From positions 1 to 64,000 of the forward strand of contig CAWCTR010000020.1 of NCBI GenBank assembly GCA_963798485.1: a stretch of 64,000 bases of DNA. Direction: 5' to 3'. Origin of the DNA: an uncultured delta proteobacterium (GTDB taxonomy: Bacteria > Desulfobacterota > Desulfomonilia > UBA1062). A program made the translations under genes and the position numbers. Below the pieces are notes generated by a model, which saw only the letters and a program-made list of their open reading frames with translations, had not been told where the DNA came from and did not search any database. Below are positions 19,101 through 27,407 of this stretch, piece after piece. Each line of letters opens with the position of its first letter. The stretch's first letter is position 1.

Positions 19101-22086
19101 CGACATGGTTGTCAGTTTCGAAACCCTTGAACATATCATGGAGGGAGATCTGTTTTTAAAGGAGGTATGCCGGGTCCTTTCCGACAAGGGTTCACTGGCG
19201 ATATCTACACCATTAGGAGGACCATGCGGCAACCCATACCATGTGGCATATTACCAGAAAGGTAACTTCGAGAAATATCTTCTCGATTATTTTCAAGAAG
19301 TAAACGTCAATTTCCAGCGTGGAAACAAGCTTTATCCTTCAAGCAACTCCCTTGATGATTCTTCCACGTTTACCGGAGAGTATGCTTTAGCTGTTTGCCA
19401 CTACCCTAAGAAAGGATTCGATAAGTTAACATCCATCATCATTCTTGCCCACAATCAACTAGAGTGCACCAAGAAATGTATTGAGAGTATTGAGCAAAAC
19501 ACCCCGGAAAGGCACGAACTTATCCTGGTTGATAATGGCTCCACCGACGGAACGACCGAGTTTCTTCAGACATATGCACATAATCATAACCATGTAAGAC
19601 TCATCCTGAATGAAAGTAATCTCGGTTTTGCCGCAGGCAACAATTTAGGCATCGAGCAAAGTAAAGGCAAGTACATCATGTTCCTGAATAATGATGTGGT
19701 GGTGACCGAAGGATGGCTTGGAAAACTTACAGACATTCTTAACCGCTACCCTGATTTCGGCATGGTGGGGCCTATGAGTAATAGTGTATCCGGTCCCCAA
19801 TTAGTTATGGATGTACCCTATGGTGAAGATCTTGCAAAAATGAAGGAGTTCGCCGCAACATACAGCCGGGATCATGCAGGAGAGATAAGTCAGGTGTTGA
19901 GACTTGTGGGGTTTTGTATGCTTGTTAGGAAAGAAGTATTAGATCTCATCGGCGGCTTTGACAACAACTATATGAGCGGCAATTTTGAGGATGACGATCT
20001 TTGTCTGCGATCTTTTCTTGTCGGCCATAAGCATGTGATAGCGGGAGACGCATTTGTCCATCACTACGGGAGCATGACCTTCAAAGGCAGTTCAATAGAC
20101 TATGAGAAGACCATGGAGAATAACAAAAAGTACTTTTTTTCCAAGTGGGGTCATCTTATCGACAAAACCGATTCAGGGTATGAAGTCAATATATCTCATC
20201 AGAAACTTGATGCTTATGTAGATGAGATCCTTAAATGGGGAGAAGAACAATATGAACAGGGCAAGTATAAGCAATCTGTCCTTCTCTTCCAACGGGTGCT
20301 ACAGATCCAACCGAATAATTCACGAGCAATAAACAATCTTGGCGTTGTTATGTGGCAAACCGGCAATATCCCATCTGCAATCAATATCTTTCTCAATACG
20401 CTTAATAAGAATAGAGAAGATGTCGATGCATTTGATAATCTCGTTGCATCACTGCAGGCATCCGATAGGTATGATTTGGTTGACCGTACTGTGTTGGAAA
20501 GACTCCGGCCGATCTATGGTACTACCGAGAAATTCGCCCAGCTTACACAAAAGATTCCACTTGAAGAAAAGGACATAGAGAAGACACATGGTAGGCTTAC
20601 CCAATTAGATGAATCGTGTCTTAGAATAAATATCAATGGCGGAATTCAGGTTTGTGTTCCTCCATCCATACAATTGATGACCCCGTATATACTCGTAGAG
20701 CAAGAGGATTGGTTTGAGGATGAAATCTATTATATCAGGAAATTTTTACAACCAGGAATGAATGTAATCGATATAGGGGCTAATTATGGTCTCTATACAC
20801 TCACCGCATCAAAACTTGTTGGTCCCGCCGGTAAAATATGGGCATTCGAACCAACAAGTTCTACGGCGGCATTCTTGAAAAAGAGTATTTCCGCCAATCA
20901 TATGACTAACATCGAGCTGGTGCAGGCAGGTTTGTCAGACAAGAAATGCACGGCAAAGCTTGCATTAAATCCCGATTCGGAGCTGAATTCAATAACTACA
21001 CAACCTAACTCAGGTGAGGAGTATGAAACCGTAGATATTCTGAGCCTGGATGAATGTGAAGATTTATATGGGTGGGATAATATAGATTTTATAAAACTTG
21101 ATGCAGAAGGTCAGGAACATAATATTATCATGGGTGGAAAGCATTTTTTGGCGACACGATCGCCCTTGATCATGTTTGAGTTGAAGCATGGGGATAAGAT
21201 AAACATAGAGTTGCTCAGTGACTTTTCGACACTAGGGTATCGATTATACCATCTAATACCCGATCTTAATATCTTGGTTCCGATTGATTTAAACAAATCA
21301 TTTGACCCGTATCAACTCAACCTTTTTTGCTGCAAGGAAGACCGTGCTAAGATATTAGAGGAAAAGGGCTTATTAATTACACGATTTTCATTACCAAACC
21401 CCATAAGCGATGACTCTCTCTGGCAACAGGAATTGCAGCACATGCCGTTTTTTAAATTGCTCATGGGATCTTGGACATCAACAGGAAAAGATAACGCCAT
21501 TGCCGGGTGGGACCATTATAAGAATGCATTAAATTACTTTATCATGGCACATGATGAAACAAAAACACCTCATTCCCGTTATGCGAGTCTCCGGCAGACC
21601 CTAAAAGAGTTGTCTTCAGCCCTTGAGAATGAAAAGAATATATGCCGCTTACTCACATACACAAGGGTCCTTTCCGAGCTTGGACAGAGACAGGATTCTC
21701 TCAATACTGCAGAAATCATTTTAGGCCTGAGCACATCAGAACAGGCACTTGCACTCACTGAGCCGTTTCTTTCTCCATCAAAGAGGTTTGACCAAATCAA
21801 TCCTTCAGACATATCCACCTGGGTCATAGCTTCCTTACTCGAACACTGGGAGAAAACCAGGGCCTTTTCCTCATTTTATTCAGGCAAATCTTCTCTCAAT
21901 AATCTTGAAGTAATGAAACAACTGGGATGCCAGACACCTGAGATGGAAAGAAGACGACAACTCATCAGGATACGTTTCGGGTTACAGGATAGGCCGATTC
22001 CGCATCCCCTGCTATCAACTAAAGCTCGGGACAACTTGAACCCCGGATTCTGGACACCCGATGTTAAAGCAGACGTCAAAACATAG
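16138..22086 (+). CDS. Giant multidomain protein: TPR array - GT41 - class I SAM methyltransferase - GT2 - TPR - FkbM-family methyltransferase - unknown C-terminus (~1982 aa)
   Basis: GT41 motifs as in the neighbour; FTGERA...HWARY...VLDVACGSGYG; SIIILAHNQ...VDNGSTDGT...NLGFAAGNN...FLNNDV...FEDDDL; VIDIGANYG...AFEP...FIKLDAEGQE. ATG at 16138 follows ggagag. Confidence 0.9.
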   Translation: MAMNNKTMPSKQETPYDLLNKKNLNDLLLSAFEQHQSGSLEKAKDLYTSILSHHPDHPDVLHLLGVICYQNGDMDAAENFIKKADKINPHVPEYKCNLGNILSKLGRHEEAISCYRDALKLNPDFTEAYNNLGVSLRCTSKIQEAVDCYKKALEIKPDHESAHNNLGNIFRESGEIDQALFHYQQAIRLNPHYVEAYINLGKTFRDKGDYDNAIACFRKTIEIKNDYADAYHLLGITYHETGSFNDACECLCKELEIRPENPHANNSLGIALQHAGKPEGAISYYQKAIEIDPDFAEAYSNLGIALHHTGRPEEAILSYKKAIALNSEFAKAYNNLGITLLEMHKTEEAIESFEQALHIQPDFAEAYNNLGIALQVVKRQEDAHTTFQKALAVKPAFVDAHINSGNTFRDQFQFAEALSCYHKALEINPHNIDALNNTAYIFSIQGKVKESIHFYQKALEIDPDHATTHSNLLFSLHYQDSIDFQELSEQHKRWGEKVARTLTMDMSPHANDKTPGRKLRIGYVSPDFRKHSVAYFIEPILASHDESAFEVFCYSNVAVPDETTEHIQSLVKTWHDITLLKDKQVEDMIRDDKIDILIDLAGHSSKNRLSLFALGPAPVQVTYLGYPNTTGLLNMHYRITDALADPAGKTDHLFTEKLLRLPRGFLCFRPPLETPEVAQPPIMKSGNVTFGSFNNRAKITPRVVKVWSEILKRLPGSRMVLKSEVLIDPETQQSLLDIFVQNGVSPDRVGFYGSIPNQYDHLALYNSIDIALDTFPYNGTTTTCEALWMGVPVIVLKGDAHMSRVGVSLLTNAGMEEFIADTPEDYVKKAVGLANDQDGLLRLRNKQRNIMADSPLMDAQVFTQYLEKEYRKIWGQWCTMNNERTIDKINCFTGERAMPLATNMDMAVMQEHWARYNHVLPLCTGKRVLDVACGSGYGSDLLAQSAKGVTGGDISHDAISYCKAHYHRPNLSFGVMDIRKLPFSDNSFDMVVSFETLEHIMEGDLFLKEVCRVLSDKGSLAISTPLGGPCGNPYHVAYYQKGNFEKYLLDYFQEVNVNFQRGNKLYPSSNSLDDSSTFTGEYALAVCHYPKKGFDKLTSIIILAHNQLECTKKCIESIEQNTPERHELILVDNGSTDGTTEFLQTYAHNHNHVRLILNESNLGFAAGNNLGIEQSKGKYIMFLNNDVVVTEGWLGKLTDILNRYPDFGMVGPMSNSVSGPQLVMDVPYGEDLAKMKEFAATYSRDHAGEISQVLRLVGFCMLVRKEVLDLIGGFDNNYMSGNFEDDDLCLRSFLVGHKHVIAGDAFVHHYGSMTFKGSSIDYEKTMENNKKYFFSKWGHLIDKTDSGYEVNISHQKLDAYVDEILKWGEEQYEQGKYKQSVLLFQRVLQIQPNNSRAINNLGVVMWQTGNIPSAINIFLNTLNKNREDVDAFDNLVASLQASDRYDLVDRTVLERLRPIYGTTEKFAQLTQKIPLEEKDIEKTHGRLTQLDESCLRININGGIQVCVPPSIQLMTPYILVEQEDWFEDEIYYIRKFLQPGMNVIDIGANYGLYTLTASKLVGPAGKIWAFEPTSSTAAFLKKSISANHMTNIELVQAGLSDKKCTAKLALNPDSELNSITTQPNSGEEYETVDILSLDECEDLYGWDNIDFIKLDAEGQEHNIIMGGKHFLATRSPLIMFELKHGDKINIELLSDFSTLGYRLYHLIPDLNILVPIDLNKSFDPYQLNLFCCKEDRAKILEEKGLLITRFSLPNPISDDSLWQQELQHMPFFKLLMGSWTSTGKDNAIAGWDHYKNALNYFIMAHDETKTPHSRYASLRQTLKELSSALENEKNICRLLTYTRVLSELGQRQDSLNTAEIILGLSTSEQALALTEPFLSPSKRFDQINPSDISTWVIASLLEHWEKTRAFSSFYSGKSSLNNLEVMKQLGCQTPEMERRRQLIRIRFGLQDRPIPHPLLSTKARDNLNPGFWTPDVKADVKT

Positions 22087-22139
22087 GCCACTGCCAAGGA
22101 TTTGGAATACATCCTTCAGTAAGGCGAAGCCCTCTTTGA

Positions 22140-23462
22140 TTATACTTTTCTCACATAGACAAAGATGCCGTTTTTCGAAGGGTCAAGATGATGATATCTG
22201 TGCAATGTTTCTATGCTCTTTTCATCCAGCCTGGTACCTCTCGGCATAAGCAGCACCCCTGTTCCGCTCTTGAAATCACGCGCAAGGATCATGCCCTGTT
22301 TGAGGGAGCCGGGGTGGAGCTCTTTTTCAACAATATTCCCGACCGGCTTGATGCGCTCAAAAAAGATACCGATAGGCCTGACAAAATGCGCATAGAGATT
22401 TGAATTGAACCGTGAACCCATATTTTTCTTCACGGCATTGAGGATGATCTCCTCGGCATTGCTCTCTTTAATCCTGGGTATTGCCCGGTCTACATAGTCG
22501 GCTATGGCAATAATCTGGGAGCCCAAGGGAATGGCGTCCCCCTTGAGTCCATCGGGAAAACCGGAACCATTGAACCACTCGTGGTGATGACGGATAAGGA
22601 GACCTGCGTCCTGTAAATCCTGGATAGTATCAACAGCGGCTTGCCCGCGTACACAGTGGAGTTTGTATTCATCCAGCTCGTCGGGCGTCATTCTGTTCTC
22701 ACTCTTGGCAAGGATGGCATCCGGGACCCCGATTTTTCCGATATCATGCAGGAGCGAGGCTACGATGATGTTATCGATATCCGCCTGGGGCAATTTCATG
22801 GTGCGTGCAACCCCGGCAGCTATCTCGGCTACATTGCGGGAATGACTTCTCACCTGTTTGTCCCTGAGCTCGATAAGCCCGGAAAGGGACCCGATAATGC
22901 TTCTGAAGTTCTTCTTTTCCTTCTCATAGAGGACCTTGAGGTCCTCATTCTGGCGCGTGATCTCGGAGGTCTGCTCCCTTACCTTGCTCTCAAGCTGATT
23001 ATTCCACTCCTTCAACTCTGCATTCTGGGCCTTGACGACGGCGGTGAGCCTCATGTTCTCAAGGACCAGTGAGTAATTATGCACCGCCTCCCTGACTATC
23101 TGCACCAGTTCATCATCATTCCAGGGTTTTGTGACATATCGATATGCCCCGCCCAGGTTGATGGCGTCTTTGACTAAGTTGATATCGCTATACCCGGTAA
23201 GGAGGATCCTCAGGGTATGAGGTCTTACCCTTTTTGCCTTTTCCAGAAATTCAACCCCGGTCATGCCGGGCATCCGGTTGTCTGATACGATTACCCCGAT
23301 ATCCCGGGTGCCTTCCAAGATACTGAGTCCCTGATCCCCTGAAGAGGCAGTGTAAACAGAAAACTTCTCTTCCACAAAGAGCCTGTTCATGGCACGGAGG
23401 ATATTTTCCTCGTCATCGACAAAGAGCACCGCAACCGTATTGATGACTTGACTTTCCTCCAT
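22140..23462 (-). CDS. Response regulator with HD-GYP-type domain (GFP variant) and C-terminal extension
   Basis: LFVDDE...SDNRMPGMTG receiver; coiled coil; LLHDIGKIG and HHHEWFNGSGFPDGL. Confidence 0.9.
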   Translation of the reverse strand: MEESQVINTVAVLFVDDEENILRAMNRLFVEEKFSVYTASSGDQGLSILEGTRDIGVIVSDNRMPGMTGVEFLEKAKRVRPHTLRILLTGYSDINLVKDAINLGGAYRYVTKPWNDDELVQIVREAVHNYSLVLENMRLTAVVKAQNAELKEWNNQLESKVREQTSEITRQNEDLKVLYEKEKKNFRSIIGSLSGLIELRDKQVRSHSRNVAEIAAGVARTMKLPQADIDNIIVASLLHDIGKIGVPDAILAKSENRMTPDELDEYKLHCVRGQAAVDTIQDLQDAGLLIRHHHEWFNGSGFPDGLKGDAIPLGSQIIAIADYVDRAIPRIKESNAEEIILNAVKKNMGSRFNSNLYAHFVRPIGIFFERIKPVGNIVEKELHPGSLKQGMILARDFKSGTGVLLMPRGTRLDEKSIETLHRYHHLDPSKNGIFVYVRKV

Positions 23463-23560
23463 CAAACACCACCCACGTGCTCATCCATTAAAACCCTCTG
23501 TATAGCCTTGAGAACATCCGCGTCGTCATCTACACAGAGAATTCTCTTTGCCGGTTCCAC
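23462..23560 (-). pseudogene. 32-aa truncated receiver-domain ORF coupled to the HD-GYP gene
   Basis: RBS aaagggag and GTG start; (M)EPAKRILCVDDDADVLKAIQRVLMDEHVGGV*; the stop overlaps the next ATG (TGATG). Confidence 0.7.
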
Positions 23561-23727
23561 CCTGTTATCTCCCTTTCACAAGGGAAACACCCACCAGGTA
23601 AATTGCCCCCTTGCCTCTTTCGCTCACCATTACAACTATATCGATTTTTTATATACCTTACTTGAGGGGAATCGGCTTATGCCATGAGTTATTCAAGAAA
23701 GCCGTTTATACGAACGATAAGACAGAT

Positions 23728-26568
23728 ATGTCCACAGTACAAGACCGACACCATAGGTCAGTTGACCCGACAATCATCCAGCAGATCATGGATGCCATCC
23801 CGAACCCTATATTCTACAAGGATAAAGACGGCATCTATACCGGGTGCAACAAGGCATTCGAGGCCTACCAGGGCAGGAGCAGGGATGAGATAATCGGCAA
23901 AAGTTTCTTTGACTTGGCCCCGAAAGACCTTACTGAAAAGCACCGTGCCCATGACACCGAACTCCTGAAAACCGGCCAGGGGCAGAGCTATGAGGTCCAG
24001 GTACGCTATGCGGACGGGACCCTGCATGACGTCATCTTCAACAAGACCGTATTCAAAGGATTGGATGGCAGCCCTGCAGGCATTGTAGGTATTATGATCG
24101 ACATCACGGATCAGAAAAAGGCTGAAGAGGCTTTAAAAAAGAGCGAAGAGAAATACCGCACCATCTTACAAAGCATCCAGGAGGGCTACTACGAGGTGGA
24201 CCTGCAGGGGCGTTTCACCTTTATCAATGAGGCCTGCTGCGCCATCATGGGTTATGCCGCTGAAGATGTCCTGGGATCGGACTACAACAGGTACATGGAC
24301 ACTGACACGGCGAGCAACATATTCAAGGTCTTCAACCGGGTGTTCCTCACCGGCATGCCTGACACCGGTTTTGACTGGGAGATACACCACCGGGACGGGA
24401 CAAGAAGGTCTCTGGAGGCATCCATAGCACTGATCAGAGATGGTGCGGGCCGGCCGGCGGGCTTCCGCGGGATCTTGCGGGACATCACCTCTCGCAAGCA
24501 GGCGGAACAGACATTGCGTGAGAGCGAGGAGAAGTACCGCACCATCCTGGAGAACATGGTGGAGTCATACTTTGAGCTGGACCTGATGGGCAACTACACA
24601 TTTTTCAATGAGTCCTTGTGTAGAGATCATGGGTATTCACGCCAAGAGCTCATGGGTATGAACTACAGGGTCTATACCTCTCCTGAGGCTGCAAAGAGGG
24701 TGTCCCGGTTTTTCAACGAGATTTATCATACTGGCAGACCACAGTATGTCACCGATCATGAGATTATCAGAAAGGATGGTACTAAGAGAATAATTGAGAT
24801 GTCCGTCTCACTTATGCGCTCTTTATCCGGGGAGCCTATCGGATTCCGGGGCGTAGGGAGGGATGTCACGGAAAGGATCAAGGCGGAGCAGGCACTCAAA
24901 GAGAGCGAGGAAAGGTACCGTTCCCTGTTCGAAAACGTTTCCGACCTCATCTTCTATCATGACCTGGACGGCAACCTCGACCTTGATAAATGCAACTTCA
25001 GCAGCAACCTGAAATGGGCGAATTTTGTGGAAAGGATGGGTTCAACCAACATCATCGACATGGTGCCCGAAAAGACCAGAGGCATATTCCGTGAAGTAAT
25101 GACCCAGCTTGTCAAGAACCGGTCTGGCCAGGGCTTTATTACCCTGGTCGATAAGCAAGGGGAAAAGAGCCATATGGAGTACTGGCACCATCTGGTCTAT
25201 GATGAAAGCGGCCGTCCAGGGGTCCAGGCAATAGCCCGGGATATAACGGACAAGCTCATGGCCGAACATGCCCTGGCAAAGAGCGAGGAGAAGTACCGCA
25301 CCATCCTCGAGAACATCGAGGATGGCTACTATGAGGTGGATTTAAATGGGACCTTCACCTTCTTGAATGAATCCTTCTGCAAGATCACCTATGTCCCAAT
25401 GCAGGAACTGATCGGTTCGAATTTCTGCCGTTTCACGGATGAAAAAAATATAAAGCATGTCTTCTCAACATATAATAAGGTTTTTAAAACAGGGCAGGGT
25501 CTGAATTCAGTTGATTTTGAATTTATAAGGAATGACGGACAGAAGATTTATGTGGAGATCTCCATCTCCCTCCTGATCGACAAGAAGGGTAATAAAATCG
25601 GGTTCAGGGGTTTGATTCGCGACATCACCAACCGTAAGGCCCTTGAACAGGCAATTATGGAAAAGAACATCAAGCTCGAGGGGATGCAGCAGGAGATGGA
25701 AAAGACCAATCTCGAGCTCATCCTGGCCTACAATGAGGTGAAAGAGGCCCAGATCAGGCTCGTCCAGTCGGAAAAGATGGCCACCATAGGCCAGCTTGCA
25801 GCAGGCGTGGCCCATGAGATCAACAATCCCATGGGGTTCATCACGAGCAATCTTGGGACCATGGGAAAGTATACAGCAAAGATATCCGAATACCTGAACC
25901 TGCAGGACCTTGCGTTGGCCTCGGGAAGCCCGGAGGTCTTGGCAGATGTCCCGGAGAAGAGAAAGGCCCTGAAGATAGACTATATCATGAAGGACATCGA
26001 AGACCTTGTCGTCGAATCCCTGGATGGGGCGCAGCGGGTTAAAAAGATCGTGCTGGACCTGAAGAGCTTTTCCCGTATGGATGAACCGGAGCTGAACTTT
26101 GCAGACATCAACTCGTGCATAGAGAGCTCGCTCAACATGGTATGGAACGAGGTCAAATACAAAGCCGAGGTGGTAAAAGAGCTCGGCGTGATCCCGGAGA
26201 CCTTGTGTTTTGCCCAGCAGCTCAATCAGGTCTTCATGAATATCCTGGTGAATGCCTCACAGGCCCTGGAGAACAGGGGTGAGATCCGGATCAGGTCCTG
26301 GAATGAAAACGGGAGCATCTTCGTCGCCATCTCGGATACCGGCAGCGGAATACCCGAAGAGAACCTGCCCAAACTGTTCGAGCCCTTTTTCACCACCAAG
26401 GCCAAGGACAAAGGGACCGGTCTGGGGCTGGCTATCGTCTGCGACATTGTGAGAAGACACAAAGGGGATATCAAGGTTGAGAGCGTGGTGAATCAAGGCA
26501 CCACCTTTACCATAGAGCTGCCTGTCGTGAAAGAGCGTGAAGCTATTCTCGTATCTCGTGAAGCGTAA
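23728..26568 (+). CDS. Cytoplasmic multi-PAS (about 5 PAS) histidine kinase
   Basis: Repeated PAS-PAC modules; [21 protein letters not shown]-box; NQVFMNILVNA, DTGSGI, PFFTTK and GTGLGL. Start uncertain (ATG 23728 chosen). Confidence 0.92.
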   Translation: MSTVQDRHHRSVDPTIIQQIMDAIPNPIFYKDKDGIYTGCNKAFEAYQGRSRDEIIGKSFFDLAPKDLTEKHRAHDTELLKTGQGQSYEVQVRYADGTLHDVIFNKTVFKGLDGSPAGIVGIMIDITDQKKAEEALKKSEEKYRTILQSIQEGYYEVDLQGRFTFINEACCAIMGYAAEDVLGSDYNRYMDTDTASNIFKVFNRVFLTGMPDTGFDWEIHHRDGTRRSLEASIALIRDGAGRPAGFRGILRDITSRKQAEQTLRESEEKYRTILENMVESYFELDLMGNYTFFNESLCRDHGYSRQELMGMNYRVYTSPEAAKRVSRFFNEIYHTGRPQYVTDHEIIRKDGTKRIIEMSVSLMRSLSGEPIGFRGVGRDVTERIKAEQALKESEERYRSLFENVSDLIFYHDLDGNLDLDKCNFSSNLKWANFVERMGSTNIIDMVPEKTRGIFREVMTQLVKNRSGQGFITLVDKQGEKSHMEYWHHLVYDESGRPGVQAIARDITDKLMAEHALAKSEEKYRTILENIEDGYYEVDLNGTFTFLNESFCKITYVPMQELIGSNFCRFTDEKNIKHVFSTYNKVFKTGQGLNSVDFEFIRNDGQKIYVEISISLLIDKKGNKIGFRGLIRDITNRKALEQAIMEKNIKLEGMQQEMEKTNLELILAYNEVKEAQIRLVQSEKMATIGQLAAGVAHEINNPMGFITSNLGTMGKYTAKISEYLNLQDLALASGSPEVLADVPEKRKALKIDYIMKDIEDLVVESLDGAQRVKKIVLDLKSFSRMDEPELNFADINSCIESSLNMVWNEVKYKAEVVKELGVIPETLCFAQQLNQVFMNILVNASQALENRGEIRIRSWNENGSIFVAISDTGSGIPEENLPKLFEPFFTTKAKDKGTGLGLAIVCDIVRRHKGDIKVESVVNQGTTFTIELPVVKEREAILVSREA

Positions 26569-26652
26569 AAACCGTGATGCGTATCTCGTATCTGGTAAGC
26601 CGTGAAGTACGCGAGTTGCTTTACGCTTCACGCTTCACGAGATACGCTTCAT
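26535..26652. repeat. Palindromic array of degenerate heptamers (cgtgaag/cgtatct ... cttcacg/agatacg)
   Basis: About 9 left-arm and 5 inverted right-arm heptamers between convergent genes; a second copy lies at 33986-34049. Confidence 0.8.
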
Positions 26653-26681
26653 CGTCTCCAAGCGGCATCTTTACCGGAGAA

Positions 26682-27119
26682 TCATGTCCCTTCACACGCA
26701 TTCATACCTTTGTACAGGTCCGGGCTCGGACGTACAGCCTGCGTGGAACAGCACTTCATCGCATTTATGATACCGGCCTTCAGGTCTTCTTCGATCCAGG
26801 GTTTGGATATGAACTGATGTATCTGCCCGCAGTCAAGTGCCCTGGTGAAAACGGACTGATCGGCGCTTCCCGACATCATTATCCTGACGGTCTCAGGCCA
26901 TTTTTTCAGGACTTCATCCATGAATTCTATCCCGTTCATCCCGGGCATATGATAATCGGAAATGATCACCTGCACCGGCCTCTCACAGAGTATTTTCAGG
27001 CCTTCCTCGCCTGAGCCGGCCATGATAATGTCATAACCGGAATCCATAAACTGCCTCTTCAACGCCCTGAGTATAAAGACCTCGTCATCGACACACAATA
27101 CCTGAATTCTCGCATTCAT
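26682..27119 (-). CDS. Single-domain response regulator
   Basis: LCVDDE, ISDYHMPGMNG and FISKPW motifs. Confidence 0.9.
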   Translation of the reverse strand: MNARIQVLCVDDEVFILRALKRQFMDSGYDIIMAGSGEEGLKILCERPVQVIISDYHMPGMNGIEFMDEVLKKWPETVRIMMSGSADQSVFTRALDCGQIHQFISKPWIEEDLKAGIINAMKCCSTQAVRPSPDLYKGMNACEGT

Positions 27120-27172
27120 CCTCTAAATCCCCCGCAATAGGATTTATTACTGCTGAATATTTGGTATGCCCC

Positions 27173-27199
27173 TTATCGGGATATCCAAAAAGATTCTGA
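27173..27199 (-). promoter_or_regulatory. Putative sigma28 promoter
   Basis: Minus strand TCAG-N15-CCCGATAA, about 54 bp upstream of the receiver gene. Confidence 0.55.
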
Positions 27200-27407
27200 A
27201 ATATAGGTAAGTTTCCATCTTTATTTAATGAATACGTATTGCAACGGATCGGCTGTTTATTATAATTAAGACTATGCCCGGCGTGTTTAAGTTACTCGTC
27301 ATTTTCATCCATGCTGCATCACAGCACGGGATGTACCGGCCCCGGGTCATATAGCCGCCCCAAAGGCATGTCGGGGTAAAAAATCCATCAGAATAAGGGA
27401 TTCTTGC

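Noticed and set aside
23638-23720. Divergent sigma28-like motifs (TCAAG...TCGATA on minus, TCAAG...ACGATAA on plus)
   Set aside because: Spacing and -10 matches are too weak to call without a genome-specific matrix.
24141-25316. Near-identical ~27-36-nt repeats (gagcgaggagaagtaccgcaccatcct) at 24141, 24522 and 25281, considered as CRISPR or DGR repeats
   Set aside because: They are in-frame PAS linker codons (SEEKYRTIL) with long irregular spacing; no cas or reverse transcriptase gene is present.
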